A stretch of 64,000 nt of DNA from an uncultured Thiotrichales bacterium (GCA_964620675.1 CAZUJU010000001.1:51576-115575), one strand, 5' to 3'; counted from the stretch's first letter, positions 41,120-51,382 are shown. Translations and numbers: made by a program. Notes: generated from the sequence alone by a model not told the origin.

Positions 41120-42124
41120 CTAGAATTCCGGGCGTAAGCGCCGGCCCAAGAGATCGGCGACGGCTGCGGCAGGTGAAAGCCCTTCGTATAGGATCCGGTA
41201 CACCTCGGTTGCGATCGGCATTTCAACCGCTTCGCGCAGGGCAATCTGATTGAGCATCTCGGCCGTGACCGCCCCCTCCACGACCTGACCGATCTCGGTG
41301 CGGGCCTGAGCGGCGGATTTCCCCTGTCCGAGCGCGAGGCCGAAGCGCCGATTACGCGATTTGTCATCAGTGCAGGTGAGCACCAAATCCCCCAACCCAG
41401 CCAGCCCCATCATCGTTTCGGTTCGCGCCCCGAGCTGAACACCCAAACGCATCATCTCGGCAAGACCGCGCGTAATGAGCGCCGCGCGGGCATTGGCGCC
41501 GAAGCCGAGGCCGTCCGAAACGCCGGCTGCGATCGCGAGAACGTTCTTTACCGCCCCTCCCAATTGCACGCCGACGACATCGGTGCTGCTGTAAACCCGC
41601 AGATGTTCGCCGTGAAACACCCGCACCAAGTCCGCCGCAAGCGTTTCATCCCGCGCGGCCAACGTCATCGCCGTCGGCAGATTGCGTGCCACCTCAACCG
41701 CAAAGGTCGGACCCGATACGATGCCGAACGCGACATTGGCGCCGAGTGCGCTTGCCGCGACCTCGTGCAAAAAACGCCCACTTCCTTTCTCGAATCCCTT
41801 GGTCGCAGAAACGACCCGGGTTTGCGCGTCGACATACGGTTGCAACGCATGCAGTACGTTTGTGAAGCCCTCGCTCGGCACCACAATAACCCAGTACGGC
41901 GAAAACTGCGCGGCTTGCGCGAGGTCCGCTGTCAGACCAATTTCGGCGGGTATAAGGACGTTGGGAAGATAGCGCGGATTGGCGCCCGCAGCCCGCATCT
42001 CGTCGATTTGAGCGGCGTCATGTCCCCAGAGCAACACCTCAAAGCCATTGCGCCGAATCTGGAGCGCGAGCGCAGTGCCCCACGCCCCGGCGCCAAACAC
42101 CGCGACTCGCGCGGTTGCATTCAT
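41120..42124 (-). CDS. gpsA: NAD(P)H-dependent glycerol-3-phosphate dehydrogenase.
   Basis: VAVFGAGAWGTALAL Rossmann motif. 334 aa. Confidence 0.9.
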   Translation of the reverse strand: MNATARVAVFGAGAWGTALALQIRRNGFEVLLWGHDAAQIDEMRAAGANPRYLPNVLIPAEIGLTADLAQAAQFSPYWVIVVPSEGFTNVLHALQPYVDAQTRVVSATKGFEKGSGRFLHEVAASALGANVAFGIVSGPTFAVEVARNLPTAMTLAARDETLAADLVRVFHGEHLRVYSSTDVVGVQLGGAVKNVLAIAAGVSDGLGFGANARAALITRGLAEMMRLGVQLGARTETMMGLAGLGDLVLTCTDDKSRNRRFGLALGQGKSAAQARTEIGQVVEGAVTAEMLNQIALREAVEMPIATEVYRILYEGLSPAAAVADLLGRRLRPEF

Positions 42125-42159
42125 CCCGGCTGGGTGTCCCATAACAGCCGAAGCCGCAC

Positions 42160-42648
42160 TCAGTGGGACGTCGATTCGGCGGCAGCCGCGTTCTCCGTGG
42201 CTTTTTGGCGTTCGATCAAGTGCTGTTGGTACAACGCATCGAAGTTGATCGGCGCAAGTAACATTTGCGGAAAGCCGCCCTTCACCACGAGATCACTGAT
42301 CGCTTCGCGCGCGAACGGATACAGGATATTTGGGCAATAGCTGCCTAGCAGTTGGGCCAACTGATCGTCAGGATACCCTGAGATGCTGAATATCCCCGAT
42401 TGCTTGAGTTCCACCAGATAGGCCGTTTCGTCTTCCGATTTGACCGTAACGGTGAGATTGAGATCCACCTCGTAGACGCGTTCGGCGAGACGCTTGAACG
42501 CCGAGTTAAGATCCACGTTGGTGGCGGGTTTGAACGCCTTGGTGAAGATCGCCGGTGCGTTAGGCGTCTCCCAGGAAACGTCCTTCAGATAAACGCGCTG
42601 GATCTCGAAAACGACTTGCGGTTGCTGATCTTGGGCGGCATCGGCCAT
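42160..42648 (-). CDS. secB: Protein-export chaperone SecB.
   Basis: FEIQRVYLKDVSWETPNAP aligns with E. coli FQIQRIYTKDISFEAPNAP. ATG at 42648 with an AAGGA RBS. Confidence 0.85.
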   Translation of the reverse strand: MADAAQDQQPQVVFEIQRVYLKDVSWETPNAPAIFTKAFKPATNVDLNSAFKRLAERVYEVDLNLTVTVKSEDETAYLVELKQSGIFSISGYPDDQLAQLLGSYCPNILYPFAREAISDLVVKGGFPQMLLAPINFDALYQQHLIERQKATENAAAAESTSH

Positions 42649-42677
42649 AGTGAATTCCTTAGCTTTCGTGGTGTTAG

Positions 42678-43118
42678 TCAATTGATGTACTGGCGCAGCC
42701 ACGCCTTGAGCTGGGTAACGTTCATTGCCCCAGACATGCGCGATCGCTCCGCGCCGTTTTCGAACAGGATCAACGTTGGAATGCTACGGATCCCAAACGG
42801 CTCAGCGGCCAACGGGTGAGCGTCGGTATTTACCTTGGCAAAGCGCAGGCCTGGCTCTAGATCACGCGCCGCTTGCGCGAACGCTGGCGCCATCATCTTA
42901 CAGGGACCACACCAAGGCGCCCAGAAATCGACGACCAAAGGTATGCGATCGCGCTCAATATGTCGCACCAAGCGGTTCGAATCGAGTTCCAGCGGATTTC
43001 CGTTAAACAGGGGCTGGTGACAGGATCCGCAACGTGCATCATCGTTGAGCCGTTGCTTGGGCACGCGGTTGGTTTTACCGCACTCGGGACAGACGATTTC
43101 AAGCGAAGCTTGCGCCAC
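42678..43118 (-). CDS. trxC: Thioredoxin 2 (TrxC-type, with N-terminal zinc-finger).
   Basis: CPECGKTNRVP...CGSCHQ zinc-binding pair followed by WAPWCGPCK. Confidence 0.8.
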   Translation of the reverse strand: MAQASLEIVCPECGKTNRVPKQRLNDDARCGSCHQPLFNGNPLELDSNRLVRHIERDRIPLVVDFWAPWCGPCKMMAPAFAQAARDLEPGLRFAKVNTDAHPLAAEPFGIRSIPTLILFENGAERSRMSGAMNVTQLKAWLRQYIN

Positions 43119-43123
43119 GGTGT

Positions 43124-43381
43124 TTAGCCCTCAAGCAGCGGATCCAACTTTCCCGCTCGATCGAGTGCCGCTAAATCGTCGTATCCACCGACGTGAAAGT
43201 CGCCGATAAAAATCTGCGGCACGGTAACGCGACCAGAGCGTTGAACCATCAGCTCGCCCTGAGCAGGGTCACGATCGACGCGGACTTCTTCATAGCCCGC
43301 GTTTTTGCGCTGCAACAACTGCTTGGCCCAAATGCAATAGGGGCAAAACGCCGAGGTGTAAATCGTGATCTTGCCGGCCAC
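43124..43381 (-). CDS. grxC: Glutaredoxin 3.
   Basis: ITIYTSAFCPYCIWAKQLL (CPYC). A GTG start at 43381 gives 85 aa; the track M at 43420 overlaps the rhodanese gene. Confidence 0.8.
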   Translation of the reverse strand: MAGKITIYTSAFCPYCIWAKQLLQRKNAGYEEVRVDRDPAQGELMVQRSGRVTVPQIFIGDFHVGGYDDLAALDRAGKLDPLLEG

Positions 43382-43383
43382 TG

Positions 43384-43809
43384 TTATTTCTTCTTGAGCG
43401 GTAGGTTTTCCGACTGCCAAGCAACGACGCCGCCGCGGAGGTTGTAAACATCTTCGAACCCCTGTTTTTTCAACAGGCTACAAGCCAATTGAGAGCGGTT
43501 CCCGGAGCGACAAAATGCCACTACCTTTTTACCTTTGAACTTGTCCAGCTCACCCATGCGAGACTTGAGTAGGCTCATCGGGAGGTGTTTGGCGCCATTA
43601 ATCGTGCCCTGACCGACCTCGCTGTCTTCGCGGACATCGAGCAAAAACGCCGCATCGCCGTTCATCAACCGAACCGTCTCTTGCGGTGAGATCTCTTTGA
43701 AATTACGCGTTAAACGCCGGATCTCAGTCCACAGTGTCAGCGCTAGCAGCGCAAAAAAACCCAACACGAGAAACAGATGTTTCTCCGCGAAAACGATATA
43801 TTCCTGCAT
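43384..43809 (-). CDS. yibN: Membrane-anchored rhodanese-domain protein (YibN-like).
   Basis: N-terminal TM helix then a rhodanese fold with the active-site CRSGNRS loop. 141 aa. Confidence 0.75.
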   Translation of the reverse strand: MQEYIVFAEKHLFLVLGFFALLALTLWTEIRRLTRNFKEISPQETVRLMNGDAAFLLDVREDSEVGQGTINGAKHLPMSLLKSRMGELDKFKGKKVVAFCRSGNRSQLACSLLKKQGFEDVYNLRGGVVAWQSENLPLKKK

Positions 43810-43852
43810 CGAAGAACCCTTGATCGCAACAGAAGTGCGCGATGCGCCCCGA

Positions 43853-44185
43853 TCAGGTGCAGAACACCTCTTGCATCATATCAATCAGACGCAACGTGCG
43901 CGCATCGCCGACTCGGTAGTATACCTTGTTTGCATCCTTGCGAGCCGCGAGAATACCCTTGTCACGCAAAATGGCGAGATGTTGGGAGATGTTGCTCTGC
44001 GAGGTACCGACACATTCGACGATATCTTGCACGCTAACTTCACGATCGCCCAGCGTGCAAAGGATCCGCAACCGCAGTGGGTGCGACATGGCTTTCAAGG
44101 AACGCGAGGCACGTTCGATGTCTTCTTCCCGCTTCATGAGTTCGGAGGCACGAAACCCGACGCACCCGGTTTTTTGGTCGATCAA
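43853..44185 (-). CDS. ArsR/SmtB-family transcriptional regulator, BigR/SqrR-like by Cys spacing.
   Basis: HTH core HPLRLRILCTL...VQDIVECVGTSQSNISQHLAILRDKGIL. Two Cys (ILCTL and C-terminal EVFCT) are 66 residues apart. Proposed TTG start at 44185 (GAGGG RBS, 110 aa); alternative ATG at 44137 (94 aa). The track start at 44314 would run through the operator palindrome. Confidence 0.65.
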   Translation of the reverse strand: MIDQKTGCVGFRASELMKREEDIERASRSLKAMSHPLRLRILCTLGDREVSVQDIVECVGTSQSNISQHLAILRDKGILAARKDANKVYYRVGDARTLRLIDMMQEVFCT

Positions 44186-44207
44186 TGCGAGACCCTCATT
44201 TTGTATT

Positions 44208-44221
44208 TTACTATATAGTAA
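44208..44221. promoter_or_regulatory. Perfect 14-bp AT-rich palindrome TTACTATATAGTAA in the divergent arsR-like/envC intergenic region; candidate operator.
   Basis: Seen directly. About 23 bp upstream of the proposed regulator start. Confidence 0.4.
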
Positions 44222-44280
44222 TATTACATCCAAACTGGCGGAATGAATAGACGATTGGTTTTTTTTCAGTTGCGTGTCAT

Positions 44281-45462
44281 ATGAACCGTCCGAACGCGAT
44301 CCGAATTTGGGCACTGCGACCGGGCAAGCAGCGAAAACTCCTCGCGATTTGCGTGGCGTTGGCTTGCGTAGCGAGCCCCGCGTTTGCTGCGGAGGATGGC
44401 AAGATGTCGAACATCAAGAAAGAGCTCGACTCGATCGTCGAAAAGTTGCGTTCGCTCAAAGGCCAACAATCATCGCAGCAAAGTGACCTCGGCAAGCGCG
44501 AGGCCGCCGTAGTCGCCATCGATCGTGAGATCTCGCAAACCGTGCGCCAATTGCGGACTTTGGAACGCGACATCGCGAAGCAGCAAGCTGAGCTCAAGCG
44601 TCTGGAAAGTCAGCGCGCGGCGCGCGCGACCGAAATCGATCGCCATAGGACTCTGCTCGGTAATCATCTAACGGCTTTGTTCCAGTCGGGACAACACGTG
44701 CAGTGGCATGCGGCGCTTGAACCACAACGATTGAACGAGTTTTTGCGAACACAGACCAACCTGCACTATCTCCAAAGTGCGCGTGAGCGCAAGGTGGAGC
44801 AATTGCGCAATCAAACCACCGAACTCGACCGTATCGCACGGGAAATCCAGGTGACTCGCGAGGCTTTGGCGCGCGAGCAAGTAACACTTCGCGGGCAACA
44901 GGAAACCTTCAAGGCCCAAAAGAAGCAGCAAACCCAGGTAGTCGCCGAACTCAAGCGTGAGCTAGGCACGACTCAGGCCAATATCAATCAACTCAATACC
45001 GATCGTCAGGCGCTCAACGATTTGCTCAAACGCTTGCGCGCAGAAGCCCAAAAGCGACAAGCAGACGGCAGGGGATCCCACTTCGACGGAGATTCGCCCT
45101 TCGCCAAGTTAAGGGGCAAGCTACCTTGGCCCGCCAAGGGTAAATTGGTGCAATACGCCAGTGGGGTAAAAATTCAGGCTGCCGAGGGTACGGAAGTTCG
45201 CGCGATCGGTGAAGGCGAGGTGGTGTTTTCCGATTGGATGCGCGGCCTCGGTTGGCTCGCAATCGTCAATCACGGGTCCGGTTACCTCTCGCTCTACGGC
45301 CACAATGAAGCGCTTTTGGTCAAGCAGGGCGAGCGGGTCAAGGCCAGCGCGGTTATCGCGACAGCCGGGCGAAGTGGTGGTCAGTCCGAGTCCGGGGTTT
45401 ACTTTGAACTGCGGGAAAACACAAAGGCGCTCGATCCCTTTGTTTGGTGCGTACGCGGCTAG
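44281..45462 (+). CDS. envC: Murein hydrolase activator EnvC (coiled-coil + LytM/M23 domain).
   Basis: Signal peptide, long Q/E/R/L-rich coiled coil, and a C-terminal degenerate M23 domain (GLGWLAIVNHGSGYLSLYGHN). Confidence 0.8.
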   Translation: MNRPNAIRIWALRPGKQRKLLAICVALACVASPAFAAEDGKMSNIKKELDSIVEKLRSLKGQQSSQQSDLGKREAAVVAIDREISQTVRQLRTLERDIAKQQAELKRLESQRAARATEIDRHRTLLGNHLTALFQSGQHVQWHAALEPQRLNEFLRTQTNLHYLQSARERKVEQLRNQTTELDRIAREIQVTREALAREQVTLRGQQETFKAQKKQQTQVVAELKRELGTTQANINQLNTDRQALNDLLKRLRAEAQKRQADGRGSHFDGDSPFAKLRGKLPWPAKGKLVQYASGVKIQAAEGTEVRAIGEGEVVFSDWMRGLGWLAIVNHGSGYLSLYGHNEALLVKQGERVKASAVIATAGRSGGQSESGVYFELRENTKALDPFVWCVRG

Positions 45463-45554
45463 AGTTTGGATGGGCTTCGCACTTCAAGCGGAATTCTAAT
45501 GATACACTTTAACGCATTAAACGTTTCGGCGAGTTCGGTCTTTCTAGGAGCTTA

Positions 45555-46889
45555 TTGATGAAATCAAGGTCACGCATCGGGTTGGGTTTGCTCTTGGGTG
45601 TCGCCTTGGGCCTCCCGCTGGGTACCGTCTACAACGTCGTAGCCGAAAAGCCGGTCGCGCTTCAGCCGCTGCCGCTTGAGGAGTTACGGGTTTTTTCCGA
45701 TGTCTATGCGCGGATTAAAAACGACTATGTAGAGGACGTGGAAGACAAGACGCTGATCGAGTACGCGATCCGCGGAATGCTCACCGGTCTCGATCCGCAT
45801 TCGTCCTACCTCAACAAGGAGGAGTTTCGCGATCTCCAGATTGGTACTACCGGCGAGTTCGGCGGTCTCGGTATTGAGGTCGGGATGGAAGACGGTTTCG
45901 TCAAAGTTATTTCGCCGATCGACGATACCCCGGCGCAGCGGGCGGGCATCAAGGCGGGCGATCTGATCATTCGGCTCGATGATACTCCGGTCAAAGGAAT
46001 GACGCTTCAGGAAGCGGTCAACACCATGCGCGGGAAGAAGGGTACGCCCATCGTGCTGACCGTCGTAAGAGAAGGCGAGGACAAACCGCTAAAAATCACA
46101 ATTGTTCGTGACATCATTCGCGTCGAGAGCGTGAAAACTCGTACGCTCGAGCCAGGTTTCGCCTATGTACGAATCACAAACTTCCAGTCCAAAACCGTAG
46201 ACTCGCTCAAAGACATGATCGAGAAGATCCAGGCGGAGCAAAAAGACGGCTTGAAAGGTCTGATTCTTGACCTGCGCAACAACCCCGGCGGCGTCCTGAA
46301 TGCCGCGGTCGGGGTCGCGGACACGTTTCTGGACAGCGGCCTAGTGGTCTATACCGAAGGACGCGTCGCGGATTCGAAGATGCGCTACGACGCAACGCCT
46401 GGCGATATGCTCAGCGGCGCCCCGATTGTGGTTCTGGTCAATTCCGGGTCGGCGTCGGCGTCGGAGATCGTGGCCGGCGCACTGCAGGATCACAAACGCG
46501 CAGTTATTGTCGGGGTGGCGAAGACCTTCGGCAAGGGCTCGGTACAAACCATCCTGCCGCTGAAAGAGGATAGCGCGCTCAAACTCACTACCGCTCGGTA
46601 TTTTACGCCGTCGGGACGATCGATTCAGGCTGAGGGTATTGCACCCGACATTCAACTAGAGTCGCTGGAACTCGCGAAACGCGCCGAATCGGGCGTCGAT
46701 CCCATCAAGGAGGCCAATCTAAGCGGGCATTTGAAGAACGGAGGCACCAACTCGGCGAAGGAAACGGCTAAGGACGCGACAAAGGACGAGTCGCAGGGTT
46801 CGACGACAGCAACGCTTGCGCAGGAAGATTACGAGCTCTACGAGGCGCTTAACCTGCTGAAAGGGCTTGCAATCATTTCCAAACGTTAA
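45555..46889 (+). CDS. ctpA: Carboxyl-terminal processing protease (S41, CtpA/Prc family).
   Basis: Signal peptide, PDZ domain (GDLIIRLDDTPVKGMTL) and S41 catalytic domain (GSASASEIVAGAL; catalytic Ser/Lys region). Confidence 0.85.
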   Translation: MMKSRSRIGLGLLLGVALGLPLGTVYNVVAEKPVALQPLPLEELRVFSDVYARIKNDYVEDVEDKTLIEYAIRGMLTGLDPHSSYLNKEEFRDLQIGTTGEFGGLGIEVGMEDGFVKVISPIDDTPAQRAGIKAGDLIIRLDDTPVKGMTLQEAVNTMRGKKGTPIVLTVVREGEDKPLKITIVRDIIRVESVKTRTLEPGFAYVRITNFQSKTVDSLKDMIEKIQAEQKDGLKGLILDLRNNPGGVLNAAVGVADTFLDSGLVVYTEGRVADSKMRYDATPGDMLSGAPIVVLVNSGSASASEIVAGALQDHKRAVIVGVAKTFGKGSVQTILPLKEDSALKLTTARYFTPSGRSIQAEGIAPDIQLESLELAKRAESGVDPIKEANLSGHLKNGGTNSAKETAKDATKDESQGSTTATLAQEDYELYEALNLLKGLAIISKR

Positions 46890-46922
46890 GCGCCTCAACG
46901 ACGACGAGAGGTCCATACCGTT

Positions 46923-47483
46923 ATGCCGCGCGTATTGATTCCGCTCGCAACTGGTTTCGAGGAACTTGAAGCCGTGACGATGATCGATTTGCTGCGGCGT
47001 GCCGGGATCGAGGTCGTCACGGCCGGACTCGAATCGCAACCTGCGGTACGCGCGGCGCGTGGGACCGTTATCGTGGCAGATACCCTGTTGGCGGAAGTCC
47101 AAGATCAAACATTCGACATGGTCGCCTTACCGGGCGGCTTACCCGGCGCAGATCATCTTCGCGATGACCCTCGGATAGCGAGGCTCTTGAGCCGCCACAA
47201 CCTCGCCGGGCACTTCACTGCCGCAATTTGCGCCGCACCGAAGGTACTGGCCGCAGCCGGTGTGCTCAAGAATCGCACCGCGACCGCCTATCCAGGGGTA
47301 CTCGAAGCGCTGGAACTCTCATCGACCGCCCTCAGCAATGCCGCGGTCGAGGTGGACGGAAAAGTGGTTACATCTCGCGGTCCCGGTACCGCGATGGATT
47401 TCGCGCTGGTATTGATTGAGTTGCTCGTTGGGGCGGCGCGACGAAACGAGGTAGAAGCGGCTTTGTGCCGCGATTCGCGATAA
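46923..47483 (+). CDS. yajL: DJ-1/PfpI family protein (YajL/ThiJ-like).
   Basis: VLIPLATGFEELEAVTMIDLLRRAGIEV...AICAAP nucleophile-elbow Cys. Confidence 0.8.
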   Translation: MPRVLIPLATGFEELEAVTMIDLLRRAGIEVVTAGLESQPAVRAARGTVIVADTLLAEVQDQTFDMVALPGGLPGADHLRDDPRIARLLSRHNLAGHFTAAICAAPKVLAAAGVLKNRTATAYPGVLEALELSSTALSNAAVEVDGKVVTSRGPGTAMDFALVLIELLVGAARRNEVEAALCRDSR

Positions 47484-47710
47484 GCCGCGGGTAAGGGTTT
47501 TCCGAGTATCGCTCCCACCCGCGTGGCCCGGTTGGAGATGGATTGTAACGAGCGCGTACCGCGGCCGTGGTTTTTGGACCTTAGCTGGCGATTCGTCTGA
47601 TGCTGCGGCGGGGTGCTAAGACCGCGGTGACGACTGAAATCAGCACAAGCTCGCAGCATGACCCGGTCGCCAACAGCTAAAATCCAATGATCAGATGATC
47701 GGATGCTGTC

Positions 47711-48070
47711 ATGGAAGAGTTAAATGCTAATCTCGACCCAGATCTTCTCCTGAACGTCGCCGCCTTCAGGGCCGGATGTTGCTTAGGTTTAGCGCCGGCC
47801 GATGTCGAGACCTTCTTGTCTGTCGATCGCGTACACGGTGCACGCGCGCCATTAGACACCGGGCGACAGCTATTACTCATTCGGCTCAGCCGGGCGCTAG
47901 ACTGCCTTTATTGCGGCGATCTCGGTGCTGAGCAAAGTTGGTTCACGCAGTTCGACCCGGAGCTAGCTGCAATTCCGTGCGACTTGATTCGATCGAGCGA
48001 TGGATTGGGGCGGGTCACTCAATGTGTCGAACGCCGGGTCGTTGATGTAGCCGTTACGGCAGACTTCTAA
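47711..48070 (+). CDS. Hypothetical protein with a DUF2384-like (Xre/ParS/MbcA-type antitoxin) C-terminal signature; apparent orphan.
   Basis: C-terminal ...EQSWFTQFDPELAAIPCDLIRSSDGLGRVTQCVERRVVDV resembles the DUF2384 W...P..L....P.dLi.s..G...V...l.r pattern. Followed by a hairpin + TATTTT terminator at about 48082-48115. No RES-domain partner nearby. Confidence 0.45.
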   Translation: MEELNANLDPDLLLNVAAFRAGCCLGLAPADVETFLSVDRVHGARAPLDTGRQLLLIRLSRALDCLYCGDLGAEQSWFTQFDPELAAIPCDLIRSSDGLGRVTQCVERRVVDVAVTADF

Positions 48071-48132
48071 ATCGGAATATGCCCGCGCCGCGGAGAGCCA
48101 CCGCGCGGCTATTTTCGCGACGCGGTTGTGGG

Positions 48133-49965
48133 TTATTCCACTGTCACGCTCTTAGCGAGGTTCCGCGGTTGATCAACGTCGGTACCCTTCAGAACGGCCG
48201 TGTGATAAGCCAACAACTGCAGAAAAACCACATTCACGATCGGCGCGATGACGTTTGGCACATGCGGCGTCAGCACAACCGTGACGCCGTCACTGTCGGC
48301 GAACCCGGATTGCGCTGGCGCAAATACGTATAAGCGACCGCCGCGCGCGCGCACCTCCTCAAGATTCGAGCGCAGTTTTTCCAAGAGTTCGTTATTGGGC
48401 GCTACCGTCACGACGGGCATGTTTTCATCGACAAGTGCGAGCGGCCCGTGCTTGAGCTCCCCGGCTGGATAAGCCTCGGCGTGAATATAGGAGATCTCCT
48501 TGAGCTTGAGCGCGCCTTCCATGGCGATCGGGAATTCGACGCCGCGACCGAGAAATAGCGCGTGCTGCTTGTCGACGAATTGCTCGCAGAGACGTTCGAT
48601 CACGCTATCGCTACCTAGCGCGGCCTCGATAAATCGCGGCAATTGTTGCAGTGCGTCAACCGATTCCGCGATTAAGGCCGCAGCGGCGCCTTTGCGCTTG
48701 GCAATTGCCAGCACCATGATCAGCAGCGCGACCAATTGGGTGGTAAATGCCTTCGTCGAGGCGACGCCGATCTCTGGACCCGCGAGCGTCATCAAGCTCA
48801 GATCCGACTCGCGCACGAGCGAACTCTCAGGCACGTTACAGATCGTGAGAGTCCCGAGGTAATCACGCTGCTTCGCTTGCATCAAGGCGGCCAATGTATC
48901 GGCCGTTTCCCCCGATTGAGAGATGCTGACAAACAAGGTGTCGGCCGGAACGAGCGTCTTGCGATAGCGAAACTCGCTCGCGACTTCGACCTGGCATGGT
49001 ACGCCAGCGATCGCTTCCATCCAGTACTTGCCGACGAGACCGGCGTGGTAGCTCGTACCGCAAGCAATGATCTGGATATTCTTGACGCGATCAAAGAGCT
49101 CGTTGCTTTTGACCCCGAATACCTGCTCCATGACGTCATCGGCCGAAATCCGCCCTTCGACGGTCGCGCGTATCGCTGCCGGCTGCTCGTAGATCTCCTT
49201 GAGCATGAAATGCTTAAAGCCTGCACGATCGGTCGCGCCTGCGTTTAAGGTACTGGTCTTGACCTCGCGGCGTACCGGTTGCAGATCGCGATCAAAGACT
49301 TCAACGGTTTGGCGCGTGATGCGCGCAATGTCCCCATTTTCCAGGTAAATGAAGCGATGCGTCACGGGCAACAAGGCCTGGACATCGGAGGCAATGAAGT
49401 TCTCGCCGATTCCGAGACCAATTACGAGTGGGCTGCCTTCGCGCGCGGCAATCAGCGTATCGGGCTGTTCCTGTGAAATCACCCCGAGCGCATATGCCCC
49501 GCGGAAATCGCGCACTGCGCGCTGAACCGCGTTAAGTAAGTCACCGTTATCACGCAGATAATGCATGACCTGGTGGGCAACGACCTCGGTATCGGTCTCC
49601 GAAGTGAAGCGAAATCCGCGCTCGCGCTGAATTTCACGCAGTTGCTCATGATTTTCGATGATACCGTTGTGCACGACCGCTACGGTTCGGTCACAGACAT
49701 GGGGGTGTGCATTGCGTTCCGAAGGTACCCCATGCGTCGCCCACCGGGTATGGGCAATTCCAAGTCCACCGGGAAGCGGTTCCGCGTTTAGCGCCGCCTC
49801 GAGCTCTACAACCTTTCCGAGACGCCGATAGCGAGTGAGTACGCCCGCCCGCGGCACGACCGCGAGACCGGAGGAGTCGTAACCGCGATACTCCAGGCGT
49901 CGTAACCCCTCCATTAAGATCGGATGAATATCCCTTTGCGCGATACCGCCGACAATTCCACACAT
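48133..49965 (-). CDS. glmS: Glutamine--fructose-6-phosphate aminotransferase.
   Basis: [13 protein letters not shown]-terminal nucleophile Cys2, two SIS domains and the C-terminal ...VTVE. 610 aa. Confidence 0.95.
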   Translation of the reverse strand: MCGIVGGIAQRDIHPILMEGLRRLEYRGYDSSGLAVVPRAGVLTRYRRLGKVVELEAALNAEPLPGGLGIAHTRWATHGVPSERNAHPHVCDRTVAVVHNGIIENHEQLREIQRERGFRFTSETDTEVVAHQVMHYLRDNGDLLNAVQRAVRDFRGAYALGVISQEQPDTLIAAREGSPLVIGLGIGENFIASDVQALLPVTHRFIYLENGDIARITRQTVEVFDRDLQPVRREVKTSTLNAGATDRAGFKHFMLKEIYEQPAAIRATVEGRISADDVMEQVFGVKSNELFDRVKNIQIIACGTSYHAGLVGKYWMEAIAGVPCQVEVASEFRYRKTLVPADTLFVSISQSGETADTLAALMQAKQRDYLGTLTICNVPESSLVRESDLSLMTLAGPEIGVASTKAFTTQLVALLIMVLAIAKRKGAAAALIAESVDALQQLPRFIEAALGSDSVIERLCEQFVDKQHALFLGRGVEFPIAMEGALKLKEISYIHAEAYPAGELKHGPLALVDENMPVVTVAPNNELLEKLRSNLEEVRARGGRLYVFAPAQSGFADSDGVTVVLTPHVPNVIAPIVNVVFLQLLAYHTAVLKGTDVDQPRNLAKSVTVE

Positions 49966-49966
49966 A

Positions 49967-51328
49967 TCAGCCTTTCCTCTTAACTGGGCGTTCCCAGCGC
50001 TCGATAGTAGTTTGACGCCCGCGCGCAACGGTCAACTTGTGCGCGGGCGCGTCCTTGGTCACGACGGAACCGGCGCCAATCGTCGCCCCGGTGCCTAGTC
50101 TTACTGGCGCGACCAGCGCCGTGTTGGAACCCACAAAAACGTGATCTTCAACCACGGTACGGTGCTTGTTGGCACCATCATAATTACAGGTGATGGTGCC
50201 AGCGCCGACGTTGACGTGTTCGCCGATGCTCGCGTCGCCGACATAGCTCAGATGGTTTACCTTGCTATTGCGCCCTATGGCGCTTTTTTTGATTTCAACG
50301 AAGTTTCCTACCTTTACCCCGCTCGCGAGTTCGGTGCCGGGTCGAATGCGCGCGAATGGCCCGACAATTGCAGATTCGCCGATGGTCGCTTGCTCAATCA
50401 TCGTATTCGCGAGCACCTGAACCTCATTGGCAAGGCGCGTATCCTTGAGATAGCAATTGGGGCCGATACGAACGCCGTCACCGAGGTAAACGTTGCCCTC
50501 AAAGACACAGTTGATATCGATAAAGATATCCTGGCCCGCGCTTAACTCACCACGAATGTCGATTCGAGTACGATCCGCGAGTCCCACCGCCCTATCGAGT
50601 AAGGCGTCGGCCTGCTTGAGTTGAAAGGCACGCTCTAGGCGCTCGAGATGTTGTTTGGTATTGACGCCGCTCACTTCAATTTCGGTCCCGGCCTTGGTCG
50701 CGAGAACGAGACCGTGATCGGAAAGGCAATGCTCGACACAATCCGTCAAATAGTATTCGCCCTGCGCGTTGCGATTTTCGAGCCGCCCGAGCCAGCGCTC
50801 GAAATCGTTCCGATAGGCACACATCACACCCGTGTTGCCTTCCTTGATGGCCTTGATCTCTGGCGAGGCGTCCTTTTCCTCAACGATGCGGCGCACCGCA
50901 CCGACGGCATCGCGTTCGATACGGCCATAACCGTGAGGATCGTCGAGATCCACCGTCAGTAGCGCGAGCGAACCCGGTCGAACGGAATCGATCAACGGCT
51001 TAAGGGTGGACGCCTGAAGTAAAGGTACGTCACCATACACCACCAATACGCGTTCCGTCTTCAGCGTCGGCATAGCCTGCTGGAGCGCATGGCCCGTCCC
51101 GAGTTGTTGGTGTTGAACAACCCAATCGTAGCGACCCGAAATTTTCTCACGTACGCGGTCGGCGCCGTGGCCAACAACGATACAGATTTGTGCGGGTTCC
51201 AAGGCCTGGCAAGTCGTAATGACGTGTTGAACAAGCGGGCGCCCGGCGAGCTCATGGAGCACTTTTGGAAGCGCGGAACGCATACGGGTACCTTGCCCGG
51301 CGGCGAGGATAACAACTCCTAAACTCAT
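49967..51328 (-). CDS. glmU: Bifunctional GlcNAc-1-P uridyltransferase / GlcN-1-P acetyltransferase.
   Basis: LAAGQGTRM nucleotidyltransferase motif and C-terminal left-handed beta-helix hexapeptide repeats. 453 aa. Confidence 0.9.
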   Translation of the reverse strand: MSLGVVILAAGQGTRMRSALPKVLHELAGRPLVQHVITTCQALEPAQICIVVGHGADRVREKISGRYDWVVQHQQLGTGHALQQAMPTLKTERVLVVYGDVPLLQASTLKPLIDSVRPGSLALLTVDLDDPHGYGRIERDAVGAVRRIVEEKDASPEIKAIKEGNTGVMCAYRNDFERWLGRLENRNAQGEYYLTDCVEHCLSDHGLVLATKAGTEIEVSGVNTKQHLERLERAFQLKQADALLDRAVGLADRTRIDIRGELSAGQDIFIDINCVFEGNVYLGDGVRIGPNCYLKDTRLANEVQVLANTMIEQATIGESAIVGPFARIRPGTELASGVKVGNFVEIKKSAIGRNSKVNHLSYVGDASIGEHVNVGAGTITCNYDGANKHRTVVEDHVFVGSNTALVAPVRLGTGATIGAGSVVTKDAPAHKLTVARGRQTTIERWERPVKRKG

Positions 51329-51382
51329 GGCGCGAAAGGTCCGTGGCCGATTTGACGCGGGCATTTTACAACGGGTAAAAAT

